This document shows positions 36,224 through 44,687 of a stretch of DNA of 64,000 bases, in pieces. The notes under the pieces were generated by a model. It was not told where the DNA came from. It saw only the letters and a program-made list of their open reading frames with translations, and ran no database searches. Each line of letters starts with the position of its first letter. The stretch's first letter is position 1. This stretch comes from Candidatus Undinarchaeales archaeon (GTDB taxonomy: Archaea > SpSt-1190 > JASMDC01): positions 32,001-96,000 of the forward strand of contig JASMDC010000004.1 of the NCBI GenBank assembly GCA_030753015.1, given 5' to 3'. The position numbers and the translations under genes were made by a program.

Positions 36224-38173
36224 TTGTGCGGCATATGCGGTATTACATGGGATGATCCGGATCTCATCAAGCGTATGAGCATTGTCCTGGGACACCGCGG
36301 AACCGACGACGATGGGATCTACACCAGCAGCGGAGTCTCCCTGGGCCATCGGAGATTGTCCATCATCGACCTTGAGGGTGGCCATCAACCCATTACGAAC
36401 GAGGACGGGGACGTCGTCGTCTGTGCCAATGGCGAGATCTATAATCATCAGCGACTCCGCGCTCAGCTCGAAAAGCAGGGGCATTCATTCTCCACTGATT
36501 CGGACACGGAGGTTATTGCACATGGGTACGAGGAGGACGGTCCCGCATTTTTCGGGAAGCTCAACGGCATGTTCGCAGTGGCGGTCTGGGACGAGGGAAC
36601 CGGATCATTGGTGCTCGCACGCGACCGTCTCGGGATAAAGCCGCTCTATTACACCCGGGTCGGCGACAAGCTTCTGTTCGCCTCTGAGATCAAGGCGCTC
36701 CTCCAATACGAGGGGGTTCCTCGAAGGCCCGACATGCAAGCTCTCGCTCACTTCATGACCTTCCGATACACCCCTTCCGCACAGACCATGTTCGATACCA
36801 TCCACGAGGTCCCACCCGGCCATGTATTCGTTGTCAGGAATGGCCGAATCGCCAAGACCATCAGGTATTGGGAACTAGACGAGGTCTTCTCAGGGACCAC
36901 ATCATCCGCTACCTCGCCGAAGGAAATGCGAGGGATCCTCACCGAGGCGGTCCGCCTCCGTCTCATGAGCGATGTTCCTTTGGGTGTCTTTCTTTCCGGT
37001 GGTATCGACTCCTCGATCATCGTGGGCCTCATGAGCGAGATGATCGACGAGCCCATCTCCACGTTCAGCGTCGCATTCGATGCCGAAGAGCCCATCAACG
37101 AGGCACGGTTCGCCCAACTCGTCGCCGATCGGTTCGGTACCAACCATCATGTGCTGACGGTCGAGCCTAACAGCATCGATCTCCTGCCGACCACCATCTG
37201 GCATCTCGACAATCCTGTATCCGATCCGACGATCATTCCCGAGTATCTCATCTCCGAGCTCGGACGTAAACATGTGAAGACGGTCCTTACCGGCGAGGGA
37301 GCGGACGAGATCTTCGGAGGATATATGCAGTACAAGGTCATGTGCCTTGGGGAGCGGTACTCCCGCCTTTTACCGCCCCGTCTGCGCCGTCTTGTCGCAC
37401 GTACTGCTCTTGCATCAATACCTGATGCCCTCCTTGACAGGCTCTTTCCGTACGCGACCGCCCTTGGCACGAAGGGACGTGAGCGTGCTCTCTCCTATCT
37501 TGAGAACATCGAGGACCGAGCACGGACCTTCGTTACACTCCGGTCCTTCTTCTCGGAGGATGAGAAGGCAGAGCTCTACTCACCCGAGCTCCACGATACG
37601 GAGGTCCGACAACAGGGATACATCCCTGAGATGGAGCCGTTCTTCTCGAACGGAGGTACCCGCTCGCTCCTTGACCGGCTCATCCTCATCGACCTCGAGC
37701 GCCGACTTCCCCACTTCATCCTTCATAAGACCGATAAGATGATGATGGCGCATGCGCTTGAGGGCCGGTTCCCCTTCCTCGACCATCGCCTTGTAGAGTA
37801 CTCTTTCAAGATACCCTCTGATATGAAGCTGCGAGGGACCACGGAGAAGTATATCCTCAGGCAGGCATTCTCCGATATACTCCCGCCCGAGATCAGGAAG
37901 AGAAGGAAGCACCCCTTCATCGTTCCCATGAAATCCTGGATCGACGAGAACCTCAAGGGACTCATCCCGAGCATCATCGAGGGCTCTCCCATATGCAGGG
38001 GAACGTTCCTCCGCAAGCGTACGATCGACAGGATCGTTCGTGACTTCGACTCGTCACCCCTCTACTATGGCCGACAGCTCTGGTCGATCCTCACGCTCGC
38101 CATCTGGCATCGCATCTACATCGAGTCGGATGATATCACGAGGCCCCAGCTCGACCTCGAGCGCCTGTTCTAA
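36224..38173 (+). CDS. asnB: Asparagine synthase (glutamine-hydrolysing)-family amidotransferase
   Basis: MCGICG (TTG start), HRRLSIIDL, NGEIYN, RDRLGIKPLY, LSGGIDSS and GEGADEIFGGY. Confidence 0.95.
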   Translation: MCGICGITWDDPDLIKRMSIVLGHRGTDDDGIYTSSGVSLGHRRLSIIDLEGGHQPITNEDGDVVVCANGEIYNHQRLRAQLEKQGHSFSTDSDTEVIAHGYEEDGPAFFGKLNGMFAVAVWDEGTGSLVLARDRLGIKPLYYTRVGDKLLFASEIKALLQYEGVPRRPDMQALAHFMTFRYTPSAQTMFDTIHEVPPGHVFVVRNGRIAKTIRYWELDEVFSGTTSSATSPKEMRGILTEAVRLRLMSDVPLGVFLSGGIDSSIIVGLMSEMIDEPISTFSVAFDAEEPINEARFAQLVADRFGTNHHVLTVEPNSIDLLPTTIWHLDNPVSDPTIIPEYLISELGRKHVKTVLTGEGADEIFGGYMQYKVMCLGERYSRLLPPRLRRLVARTALASIPDALLDRLFPYATALGTKGRERALSYLENIEDRARTFVTLRSFFSEDEKAELYSPELHDTEVRQQGYIPEMEPFFSNGGTRSLLDRLILIDLERRLPHFILHKTDKMMMAHALEGRFPFLDHRLVEYSFKIPSDMKLRGTTEKYILRQAFSDILPPEIRKRRKHPFIVPMKSWIDENLKGLIPSIIEGSPICRGTFLRKRTIDRIVRDFDSSPLYYGRQLWSILTLAIWHRIYIESDDITRPQLDLERLF

Positions 38174-38604
38174 AAGAGCATCACTCGGACCAGCGTCACC
38201 CCTCGACGGGAGCGGATGCGGTCGGCCAGGGAACGGACCTGGTCAAAGGAACCCTTGGCGAGGATGACCTCCATGCACCCCTCATGTGAAAGGTGGTGAT
38301 GCACCGTGGTGACGATGATGTCGTGGTACTCGTGCTGTGCGTCGAGGATGTCGGTCGCCACCCGCGGGACGTGGTGATCGTACACGAAGGTGATCACAGC
38401 CGAGCCGTACTGCCCCGCACGGTCAACCCCGCGCCAGCGCGCCATGGCATCACGTATGGCGTCGCGGATGGCCTCGGACCGGGTGGTATATCCCTCATCC
38501 CGGATCATGGCGTCGAAGCCCTCGAGCAGGGAGGAAGGAAGGCTCACGCCGATGCGTGTTATCCCTTCGTCTGCATCAGTAATATCCGTGTTATTTTTCT
38601 GCAT
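38170..38604 (-). CDS. nikR: Nickel-responsive regulator NikR
   Basis: Ribbon-helix-helix RIGVSLP...RSEAIRDAIR; YDHH, QHE, HHHL and CMEV. Confidence 0.93.
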   Translation of the reverse strand: MQKNNTDITDADEGITRIGVSLPSSLLEGFDAMIRDEGYTTRSEAIRDAIRDAMARWRGVDRAGQYGSAVITFVYDHHVPRVATDILDAQHEYHDIIVTTVHHHLSHEGCMEVILAKGSFDQVRSLADRIRSRRGVTLVRVMLF

Positions 38605-38609
38605 TGAAT

Positions 38610-38636
38610 GTGTTACTTGTGAAAAAATATTAATAC
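38610..38636. promoter_or_regulatory. Putative NikR operator
   Basis: GTGTTA-N15-TAATAC, one mismatch from a perfect GTATTA-N15-TAATAC palindrome, lying between divergent nikR and cbiM. Confidence 0.75.
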
Positions 38637-38657
38637 TCGCCGATCAATCCTTTACAT

Positions 38658-39293
38658 ATGCACATCCCCGACGGGTTCCTCTCGATCCCCATCTGGGGGA
38701 TACTATGGCTGGTCACCATCGGCGTGGTGGGCTACGCCGTTCAGCAGACCGACCAGCGACTCAGCGAGAAGGCCGTGCCCTTGATGGGTGTGCTCTCGGC
38801 GTTCATCTTTGCCGGCCAGATGCTCAACGTCCCCGTTGCGACAGGCACCTCGAGCCACATGCTGGGTGGCGTGCTCGCCGCGGTGTTTCTGGGCCCCTGG
38901 ACCGCCACTATCATCATGGCCTCTGTGTTCACGGTTCAGTGCGTGCTCTTCCAGGACGGCGGGCTGCTCGCCCTGGGCGCCAACATCGTGAACATGGGCC
39001 TCATCTGCACCATCCTCGGCTACTATATCTTCCGAGCTGTGGAGAGTGTCGTGGGCGGTAGGAACGGGCTCCTCGCGGGCTCAGCTGTGGCAGCCTGGCT
39101 GGCGGTGGTCATCGCATCGGCTGCGACGGCCGTGGAACTGGCCGCTTCCGGAACCTCCCCCCTCAACATCGTGCTGCCCGCCATGGTGGGGGTCCACGCC
39201 ATCATCGGGGTCGTGGAGGCGGCGGTCACGGTGGCGGTGATCGGGTTCGTCATGAGGACGCGGCCTGACCTACTGGAACTGGAGAGGGTCTAG
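38658..39293 (+). CDS. cbiM: ECF Ni/Co transporter S component CbiM/NikM
   Basis: N-terminal MHIPDGFL; GTSSH; DGGLLALGAN. Confidence 0.95.
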   Translation: MHIPDGFLSIPIWGILWLVTIGVVGYAVQQTDQRLSEKAVPLMGVLSAFIFAGQMLNVPVATGTSSHMLGGVLAAVFLGPWTATIIMASVFTVQCVLFQDGGLLALGANIVNMGLICTILGYYIFRAVESVVGGRNGLLAGSAVAAWLAVVIASAATAVELAASGTSPLNIVLPAMVGVHAIIGVVEAAVTVAVIGFVMRTRPDLLELERV

Positions 39294-39305
39294 GAGGGGA
39301 TATGG

Positions 39306-39650
39306 ATGGAATGGAAGTACACTGCGCTCATCATCGCGCTTATCATGGCAGCTCTTCTCTCCCCTTACGCTTCGCCGGATCCCGACGGGCTGGAGAGGGT
39401 TGCCGAGGACAAGGGGTTTATAAAGAAAGGGGAGGATCACGACGTCTTCACAGCCCCCATACCCGACTACGAGGTCCCCAATCTGGGCGACGCGTTAAAG
39501 GGACCCGTCGCTGGCATCATAGGCACCCTGGTGACGTTCGGCCTGGGCATCCTCCTCGGCAGACGGCTCAATGGACCGGAAGGGGAGCGGGCCGAGGAGA
39601 AGGATCAAGGGACAGAGGAGGACGTGGGTTCGACCGGTCCCGCCCGGTGA
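39306..39650 (+). CDS. nikN: PDGLE-domain auxiliary subunit (NikN-like)
   Basis: Motifs ASPDPDGLERVA and APIPDY. Confidence 0.88.
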   Translation: MEWKYTALIIALIMAALLSPYASPDPDGLERVAEDKGFIKKGEDHDVFTAPIPDYEVPNLGDALKGPVAGIIGTLVTFGLGILLGRRLNGPEGERAEEKDQGTEEDVGSTGPAR

Positions 39651-39688
39651 GAACATTTTTCAAGCTTGCCTGCAGGAGCAACCACGCG

Positions 39689-40462
39689 ATGGAGATGGAG
39701 CATGACTTCCTTGACAAGTATGCACACATAGATGGCCCGGTCCAGCGACTGCACCCCCACCCCAAGATCCTACTGGCCGTGCTCACCATCCTCCTCGTGG
39801 TGCTCACCTCCCCCACCAACACGGCACGGTTCGCGGGCGTGGGCATCCTCCTGGCCCTCACGCTCGCCGTCTCGGGCGTGCCCGCCAGCTTCGTCCTCCG
39901 CCGCTCCCTGGTGGTGCTCCCCTTCGTGCTCGCCGTGGCCCTCGGCGCCCCGTTCCTGGAGCCCGGGGCTGGCGGCCACGTCCCCATCGTAGCAGGTCTC
40001 GAGGTCCCGCGGGCGGGCCTCCTCGTCGTCTGGAACGTGCTCGTGAAGTCCTGGCTCTCGGCCGTCACCATGCTGCTCCTCGTATCCACTACCCCCTTTC
40101 CCTCCCTCCTTGACGGTGCCCGATCACTGGGCGTGCCACGGATCATGGCCCAGGTGATCGCCTTCATGTACCGCTATCTCTTCATCATACAGGACGAGCT
40201 CATGCGCCTCGTCCGAGCCCGGACGTCCCGGTCCATCGGGAACGAAGGGTTCCTGTGGCACGCGCGGACCGCCGGCGGCCTCCTGGGAAGCCTCTTCATC
40301 CGCTCGTACGAGCGCGGGGAACGGGTGTACCTCGCCATGGCGGCTCGCGGCTACGCTGGCGAGCTGCCCATACTCGAAAGGCAGAAGATGGCGTCGAGGG
40401 ACGTGGTAGCCTCCCTGGTCATGGTGCTCGTCCTTGCCTGCGTCGCGGGGGTGACCCTGTGA
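39689..40462 (+). CDS. cbiQ: ECF transmembrane T component CbiQ
   Basis: Motifs LHPHPKI, FMYRYLF, ARTSR and RSYERGERVYLAMAARGY. Confidence 0.93.
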   Translation: MEMEHDFLDKYAHIDGPVQRLHPHPKILLAVLTILLVVLTSPTNTARFAGVGILLALTLAVSGVPASFVLRRSLVVLPFVLAVALGAPFLEPGAGGHVPIVAGLEVPRAGLLVVWNVLVKSWLSAVTMLLLVSTTPFPSLLDGARSLGVPRIMAQVIAFMYRYLFIIQDELMRLVRARTSRSIGNEGFLWHARTAGGLLGSLFIRSYERGERVYLAMAARGYAGELPILERQKMASRDVVASLVMVLVLACVAGVTL

Positions 40463-41280
40463 AGGCCGTAGAGGTGACAGGGCTGAGCTACGCCTACCCC
40501 GACGGCACCCGCGCCCTGCGCGACGTGGACCTCTGCATCGATGAAGGGGAGTCGGTGGCGCTGCTCGGGCCCAACGGGGCGGGGAAATCCACCCTCCTGC
40601 TCCACCTCAACGGCGTACTGGCGGTGTCCGACCGCGTCCACATCGGCGGCCTGCCCGTCCTCCAGGAGAACCTTTCCGAGGTGCGCCGCCGGGTGGGCCT
40701 GGTGTTCCAGGATCCGGACGACCAGCTGTTCTCCCCCTCCGTGTTCGATGACGTCGCTTTCGGCCCGTTGAACCTGGGCGTGCCACCAGACGAGGTTCGC
40801 AAGCGCGTCGACGCTGCCCTCGAGAAGGTGGGGATGGCGGGGTACGGCGATCGTTCCCCGTTCCATCTGAGCTTCGGCGAGCGGAAGCGCATCGCTCTCG
40901 CTACGGTGCTCTCCATGGAGCCGAGCCTCCTCGTCCTCGATGAGCCCACCAGCAACGTCGATCCCCGAGCGCGACGCGAGATCATCGAGCTCCTACGCGG
41001 GATGGGACTTACCAAGGTGATCGCCAGCCATGACATGGACATGGTGGCGGAGCTCTGTGATCGCGTGATGGTGCTCGCGGAGGGTCGCGTCGTAGCCGAC
41101 GGACCGGTGGATGAGATCCTGACCGACGTCGAGCTCCTCGAGAGGAACGGCCTAGAGCCGCCCTCCTCCGTCAGGGTCCTCTCCATGCTCGGTGTACGGC
41201 ATCCCCCCGTCGTGCTCTCTCCGGAGACCGCGCGAGAGGCCCGGGACCAGGTCCGACGGGACGGGAGCCGCTCGCCATGA
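40459..41280 (+). CDS. cbiO: ECF ATPase CbiO
   Basis: Motifs GPNGAGKST, FQDPDDQLF, LSFGE and LDEPT. Confidence 0.95.
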   Translation: MKAVEVTGLSYAYPDGTRALRDVDLCIDEGESVALLGPNGAGKSTLLLHLNGVLAVSDRVHIGGLPVLQENLSEVRRRVGLVFQDPDDQLFSPSVFDDVAFGPLNLGVPPDEVRKRVDAALEKVGMAGYGDRSPFHLSFGERKRIALATVLSMEPSLLVLDEPTSNVDPRARREIIELLRGMGLTKVIASHDMDMVAELCDRVMVLAEGRVVADGPVDEILTDVELLERNGLEPPSSVRVLSMLGVRHPPVVLSPETAREARDQVRRDGSRSP

Positions 41281-42857
41281 GACGGCTCGTCCTGGTCCTC
41301 CTACTCATCGCTGCCCTGGCCGTCGGCCACCCTCCCATCCGCCTGCTGAGCTCGGAGGGGGGGGGCGCCGTCGCATCGTACCACGGCCGTGACGTCACCG
41401 TCCAGTCCAACTCGACGCTCGGGCGGTTCCGCCCCGTGGGGCCGTTCATGGATTTCCATGCGGTGAATGCCAATGGGAGCCTGGTCAGGCACGAGGTGCG
41501 GCTCCTACGGGTCATCGCATGGGCCGATGAGGATGGTGATGGATCAGCGGACCCGGGCGAGACCGTCCTGGCCGACCTCCACCCCGCAACGGCCCAGTGG
41601 GACGTCCCTTTCTTCTCCTACATACCATCGGGGGGACGAATAGCGGGGATCCGGTTCCCGCTCGTAATGTTCACCAACAACACCAAGGTCGATCCCCTCC
41701 TCCTCGCCAGCCTACGGGTCGAGGCCTCCATGGTGGATGCCGACCACACCGAGACGCTGATGCCGCCGGCGGACCCGCCCATCAAGCTCGCGTATAATGG
41801 CATGCGAGACGTGGGGTTCGACATCGTCGTGGACCCGTGGGAGGGTCCGGATGCTACCCTCCTCTTGACGGTCGATGTCCTCGGTGGGAGTTCGTCGCCC
41901 GATGGCTTCACCCTCGAACGGAAGGATGGGGCGGCACGTCTCTTCCACGGCGACTTCATCCTCCATATCGCCCCGGCCCAGGCGAACGCCACGCCCGCGA
42001 CGGCCGTACGGGTACCCGTGAGAATCAGCGAGGACCTCTCCCGCCCATCACGGGCCGTCCTGAACCTCACCATGCCTCTAAACCATGGTGCCTCGATCCG
42101 GATCCCCCTGATCGCCCATGGAACGGGGACGGAACAGCGCGAGGAGGAACGCTCGTTCATCTGGTTCGCCCTCCTGCTCGGTGGCGCGTTCCTCACGGGA
42201 GCGCTCCACGGGCTGGAGCCCGGTCACGGGAAGACCCTTGTCGTGACCTACCTCGTCGGTACAGGGGCACGACTGGTCGATGCCGTGGTCCTGGGGCTCA
42301 CGGCCACTGTCACCCATACAGCCGGTGTCCTCGCGCTGGCCGTGCTCGCCCTCTCGGCGTCCGAATACTTCCTCCCCGAGGTCATCTCCTATGCCCTCAG
42401 CGTGCTCTCAGGCACCCTGGTCACGATTGTGGGGCTGTGGATGTTCCGTCGCGCCTGGCGGGGCAAGACACACGATCATCATCATGTGCACAAGCATGGA
42501 GAGCGTGTGCACGACAATGATCATGAGCACCTGTCGCCCGGAGAGGGCACGCGCAGGAACTTCCGAGAGCTCGTCTCGTTGGGCATGGCGGGGGGAATCG
42601 TGCCCTGCCCCGCGGCGCTGGTTCTCCTCATCGTCGCGGTGTCCCGCGGCAGGTTCGCCGAGGGCATCGCCGTGCTCCTCGCCTTCAGCCTCGGGGTGTC
42701 GACCACGCTCGTGGGGATAGGTGTTGCAGCAGTCGCCTTCACCTCGGTGATGCAACGGGTTCTGGGGAGCAGCACCCCCGTATGGGCCCAGCGCATCTCC
42801 CTGGCGAGCGCCACGGTCATCACCTGCATGGGGCTGATGATTCTCCACCTGGCCTGA
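41277..42857 (+). CDS. RcnA/NicO-family Ni/Co transporter fused to an N-terminal exported domain
   Basis: C-terminal half has GALHGLEPGHGK, THTAGV, a His-rich loop and GIVPCP. N-terminal half is a signal peptide plus about 270 aa beta-rich domain. Confidence 0.85.
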   Translation: MRRLVLVLLLIAALAVGHPPIRLLSSEGGGAVASYHGRDVTVQSNSTLGRFRPVGPFMDFHAVNANGSLVRHEVRLLRVIAWADEDGDGSADPGETVLADLHPATAQWDVPFFSYIPSGGRIAGIRFPLVMFTNNTKVDPLLLASLRVEASMVDADHTETLMPPADPPIKLAYNGMRDVGFDIVVDPWEGPDATLLLTVDVLGGSSSPDGFTLERKDGAARLFHGDFILHIAPAQANATPATAVRVPVRISEDLSRPSRAVLNLTMPLNHGASIRIPLIAHGTGTEQREEERSFIWFALLLGGAFLTGALHGLEPGHGKTLVVTYLVGTGARLVDAVVLGLTATVTHTAGVLALAVLALSASEYFLPEVISYALSVLSGTLVTIVGLWMFRRAWRGKTHDHHHVHKHGERVHDNDHEHLSPGEGTRRNFRELVSLGMAGGIVPCPAALVLLIVAVSRGRFAEGIAVLLAFSLGVSTTLVGIGVAAVAFTSVMQRVLGSSTPVWAQRISLASATVITCMGLMILHLA

Positions 42858-42861
42858 GGAC

Positions 42862-43377
42862 TCAAGCCTCCAGCCGTTCGCCGCCCGTACAGTAGGACGA
42901 TCCCCCAAGATGCTGGAGCAGGGTCAACCGGTCCAGACCTGGTTCGGCGTGCACGGCGACGACCTCGGCTACGAAGATGGTGTGGTCGCCCGCGGGGTGG
43001 GACGCCGTCACCCGGCACTCCACAGCAGCAGGGCAGCAATCCAGAATGAGGGTGTCGACCTCATCACCCGTCCGTCCCGTGAGCCCGAGACCTGCGAGCT
43101 TGTCGCCTGAGCGACCGCTAGTACAACCTGCGGCGTGTACCTTCGCAAGGAGGTCCTTCCCGGGAACATTGAGGATGAAGGCACCTTCCCGCTCGACGAG
43201 CGAATGGGTGTAACGTCCAGGGGCGATGCTCACCGCGAGGAGAGGGGGTCGGACGGACACAGGCATCATCCAGGCCGCGGGCATGGTGTCGTGCCGGTCG
43301 TTCTGCCGATCCCGGGCGGTGACGAGCACCACGGGAGGTGCTGGGAGCAGGGTGCGGAACGTGGCGATGGAAGGCAT
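42862..43377 (-). CDS. Flavin reductase-like (flavoredoxin) protein
   Basis: Motifs PVVLVT, MPAAW..PVS..PP, GCTSGR..DK and GDHTIFVAEV. Confidence 0.9.
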   Translation of the reverse strand: MPSIATFRTLLPAPPVVLVTARDRQNDRHDTMPAAWMMPVSVRPPLLAVSIAPGRYTHSLVEREGAFILNVPGKDLLAKVHAAGCTSGRSGDKLAGLGLTGRTGDEVDTLILDCCPAAVECRVTASHPAGDHTIFVAEVVAVHAEPGLDRLTLLQHLGGSSYCTGGERLEA

Positions 43378-43516
43378 GTCATCGAAAAGGGAGTGATGAA
43401 TAAAAAGATGACATCCGGTGGGCCCACTCCTCCCTGTAGGGCAGTGATGGGGGGCGGGCTTAGTCGAAAAAAGGTTAAGTAGTTGTGCCAATCGAAAAAA
43501 GTGAAGAGTTGAGACC

Positions 43517-44044
43517 ATGGCGGACATCCAGGAGTTATCGGTAGAGGAATCGGAGAACATCCCCATAATCTCTGTCGTAGGCAGATCAGGCACAGGTAAG
43601 ACCACCGTCCTTGAACTGCTCATCGGAGAACTCGTGCGGCGAGGGTACCGAGTGGGTACGGTCAAGCACTGCAGCCATGGATTCGACGCGGACCAACAGG
43701 GTAAGGACTCCTGGCGTCATGCACAGGCCGGGAGCGAGGTCGCGGCCATCTCATGTCCACACAAGATGGCGCTTTTCCGGAACATGGAGAGTGAGATGCC
43801 CCTGGACGACATCGTGAGTTTGATGGGCAAGGTGGACGTAGTGCTCACCGAGGGGTACAAACGTGGGGAAAAGCCGATGATCGAAGTGAGCCGCCAAGCG
43901 GTCGGGACCGATCTGTTGTGCCCGCCAGAGGGTCTTGTGTGCGTCATGGCCGACTACGATGTTGATACTTCAGTGCCATTGTTCGCCTTGGACGACGCCA
44001 AGAGCGTAATCTCTCTCCTAGAGGAGCGCTTCTTGCGTGGTTGA
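43517..44044 (+). CDS. mobB: Molybdopterin-guanine dinucleotide biosynthesis protein MobB
   Basis: Motifs GRSGTGKTT, VKH, GKDSWRH and EGYK. Confidence 0.92.
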   Translation: MADIQELSVEESENIPIISVVGRSGTGKTTVLELLIGELVRRGYRVGTVKHCSHGFDADQQGKDSWRHAQAGSEVAAISCPHKMALFRNMESEMPLDDIVSLMGKVDVVLTEGYKRGEKPMIEVSRQAVGTDLLCPPEGLVCVMADYDVDTSVPLFALDDAKSVISLLEERFLRG

Positions 44045-44168
44045 GGGCTGGACTGCATCTCATCGAACTGAAAGAATACCTTGACGGGGCGCCGGGAATA
44101 GTCTCCTGTGCTGTGGGACCGGTGTCAGGGGGGGGTATCATACTGCTGAAGAAGATCGTTGAATCTAC

Positions 44169-44687
44169 TTAGGCAAAGTCCCCGTAGTATAGGGAATGCT
44201 CGAACGTGATGGGATGGAAGTCGGTACCCATCCAGTACGCTGCCTTCGCCATGATGATCCTGACGAGTATTGAGCGATCCATCCTCTTTCCCCTCTTGAC
44301 GATCCTGTCGAACCTCTCGATGTATGTCCTGTAGGGGCCACGAAGTGTCCCCGGCAGGTCGTCCACGTCCGTGATCACATCGCTTATCATCGCTGTCCCG
44401 TTTATCATCACACCCTCGTTCTTGAACGGGTCCTCTAGGTGGCGTATGTCCACGGTGAAGGAGACGTGCGGATTATCGATGATGTTCCTGATCTTCTTCG
44501 AGGTCCTGTCCGTCACGAACAGGATCTCATGCAGGTGCGGGATGTAGGCGAAGAAGACGGGTGTTATATGAGGGACGTTGTTACGGTCTCCTGTGCAAAT
44601 ATAGCCGATCCTCTCCTCCCCCAGGAGCCCTTCGACGAGGGCGAGCGTTCTCTCATCTTCAGCAAGGTCTTCAGACAGGGAGCGCAA
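44169..44687 (-). CDS. Pyridoxamine 5'-phosphate oxidase-like (split-barrel flavin/F420-binding) protein
   Basis: Motifs PHITPVFF, TDRTSKKIRNI..NP.VSF.VD and GVMING.A. The likely start is TTG at 44687. Confidence 0.8.
   Translation of the reverse strand: MRSLSEDLAEDERTLALVEGLLGEERIGYICTGDRNNVPHITPVFFAYIPHLHEILFVTDRTSKKIRNIIDNPHVSFTVDIRHLEDPFKNEGVMINGTAMISDVITDVDDLPGTLRGPYRTYIERFDRIVKRGKRMDRSILVRIIMAKAAYWMGTDFHPITFEHSLYYGDFA

Noticed and set aside
43400-43470. Fluoride or Moco riboswitch upstream of mobB
   Set aside because: The consensus elements could not be matched in the correct order; it is kept only as a weak hairpin observation.
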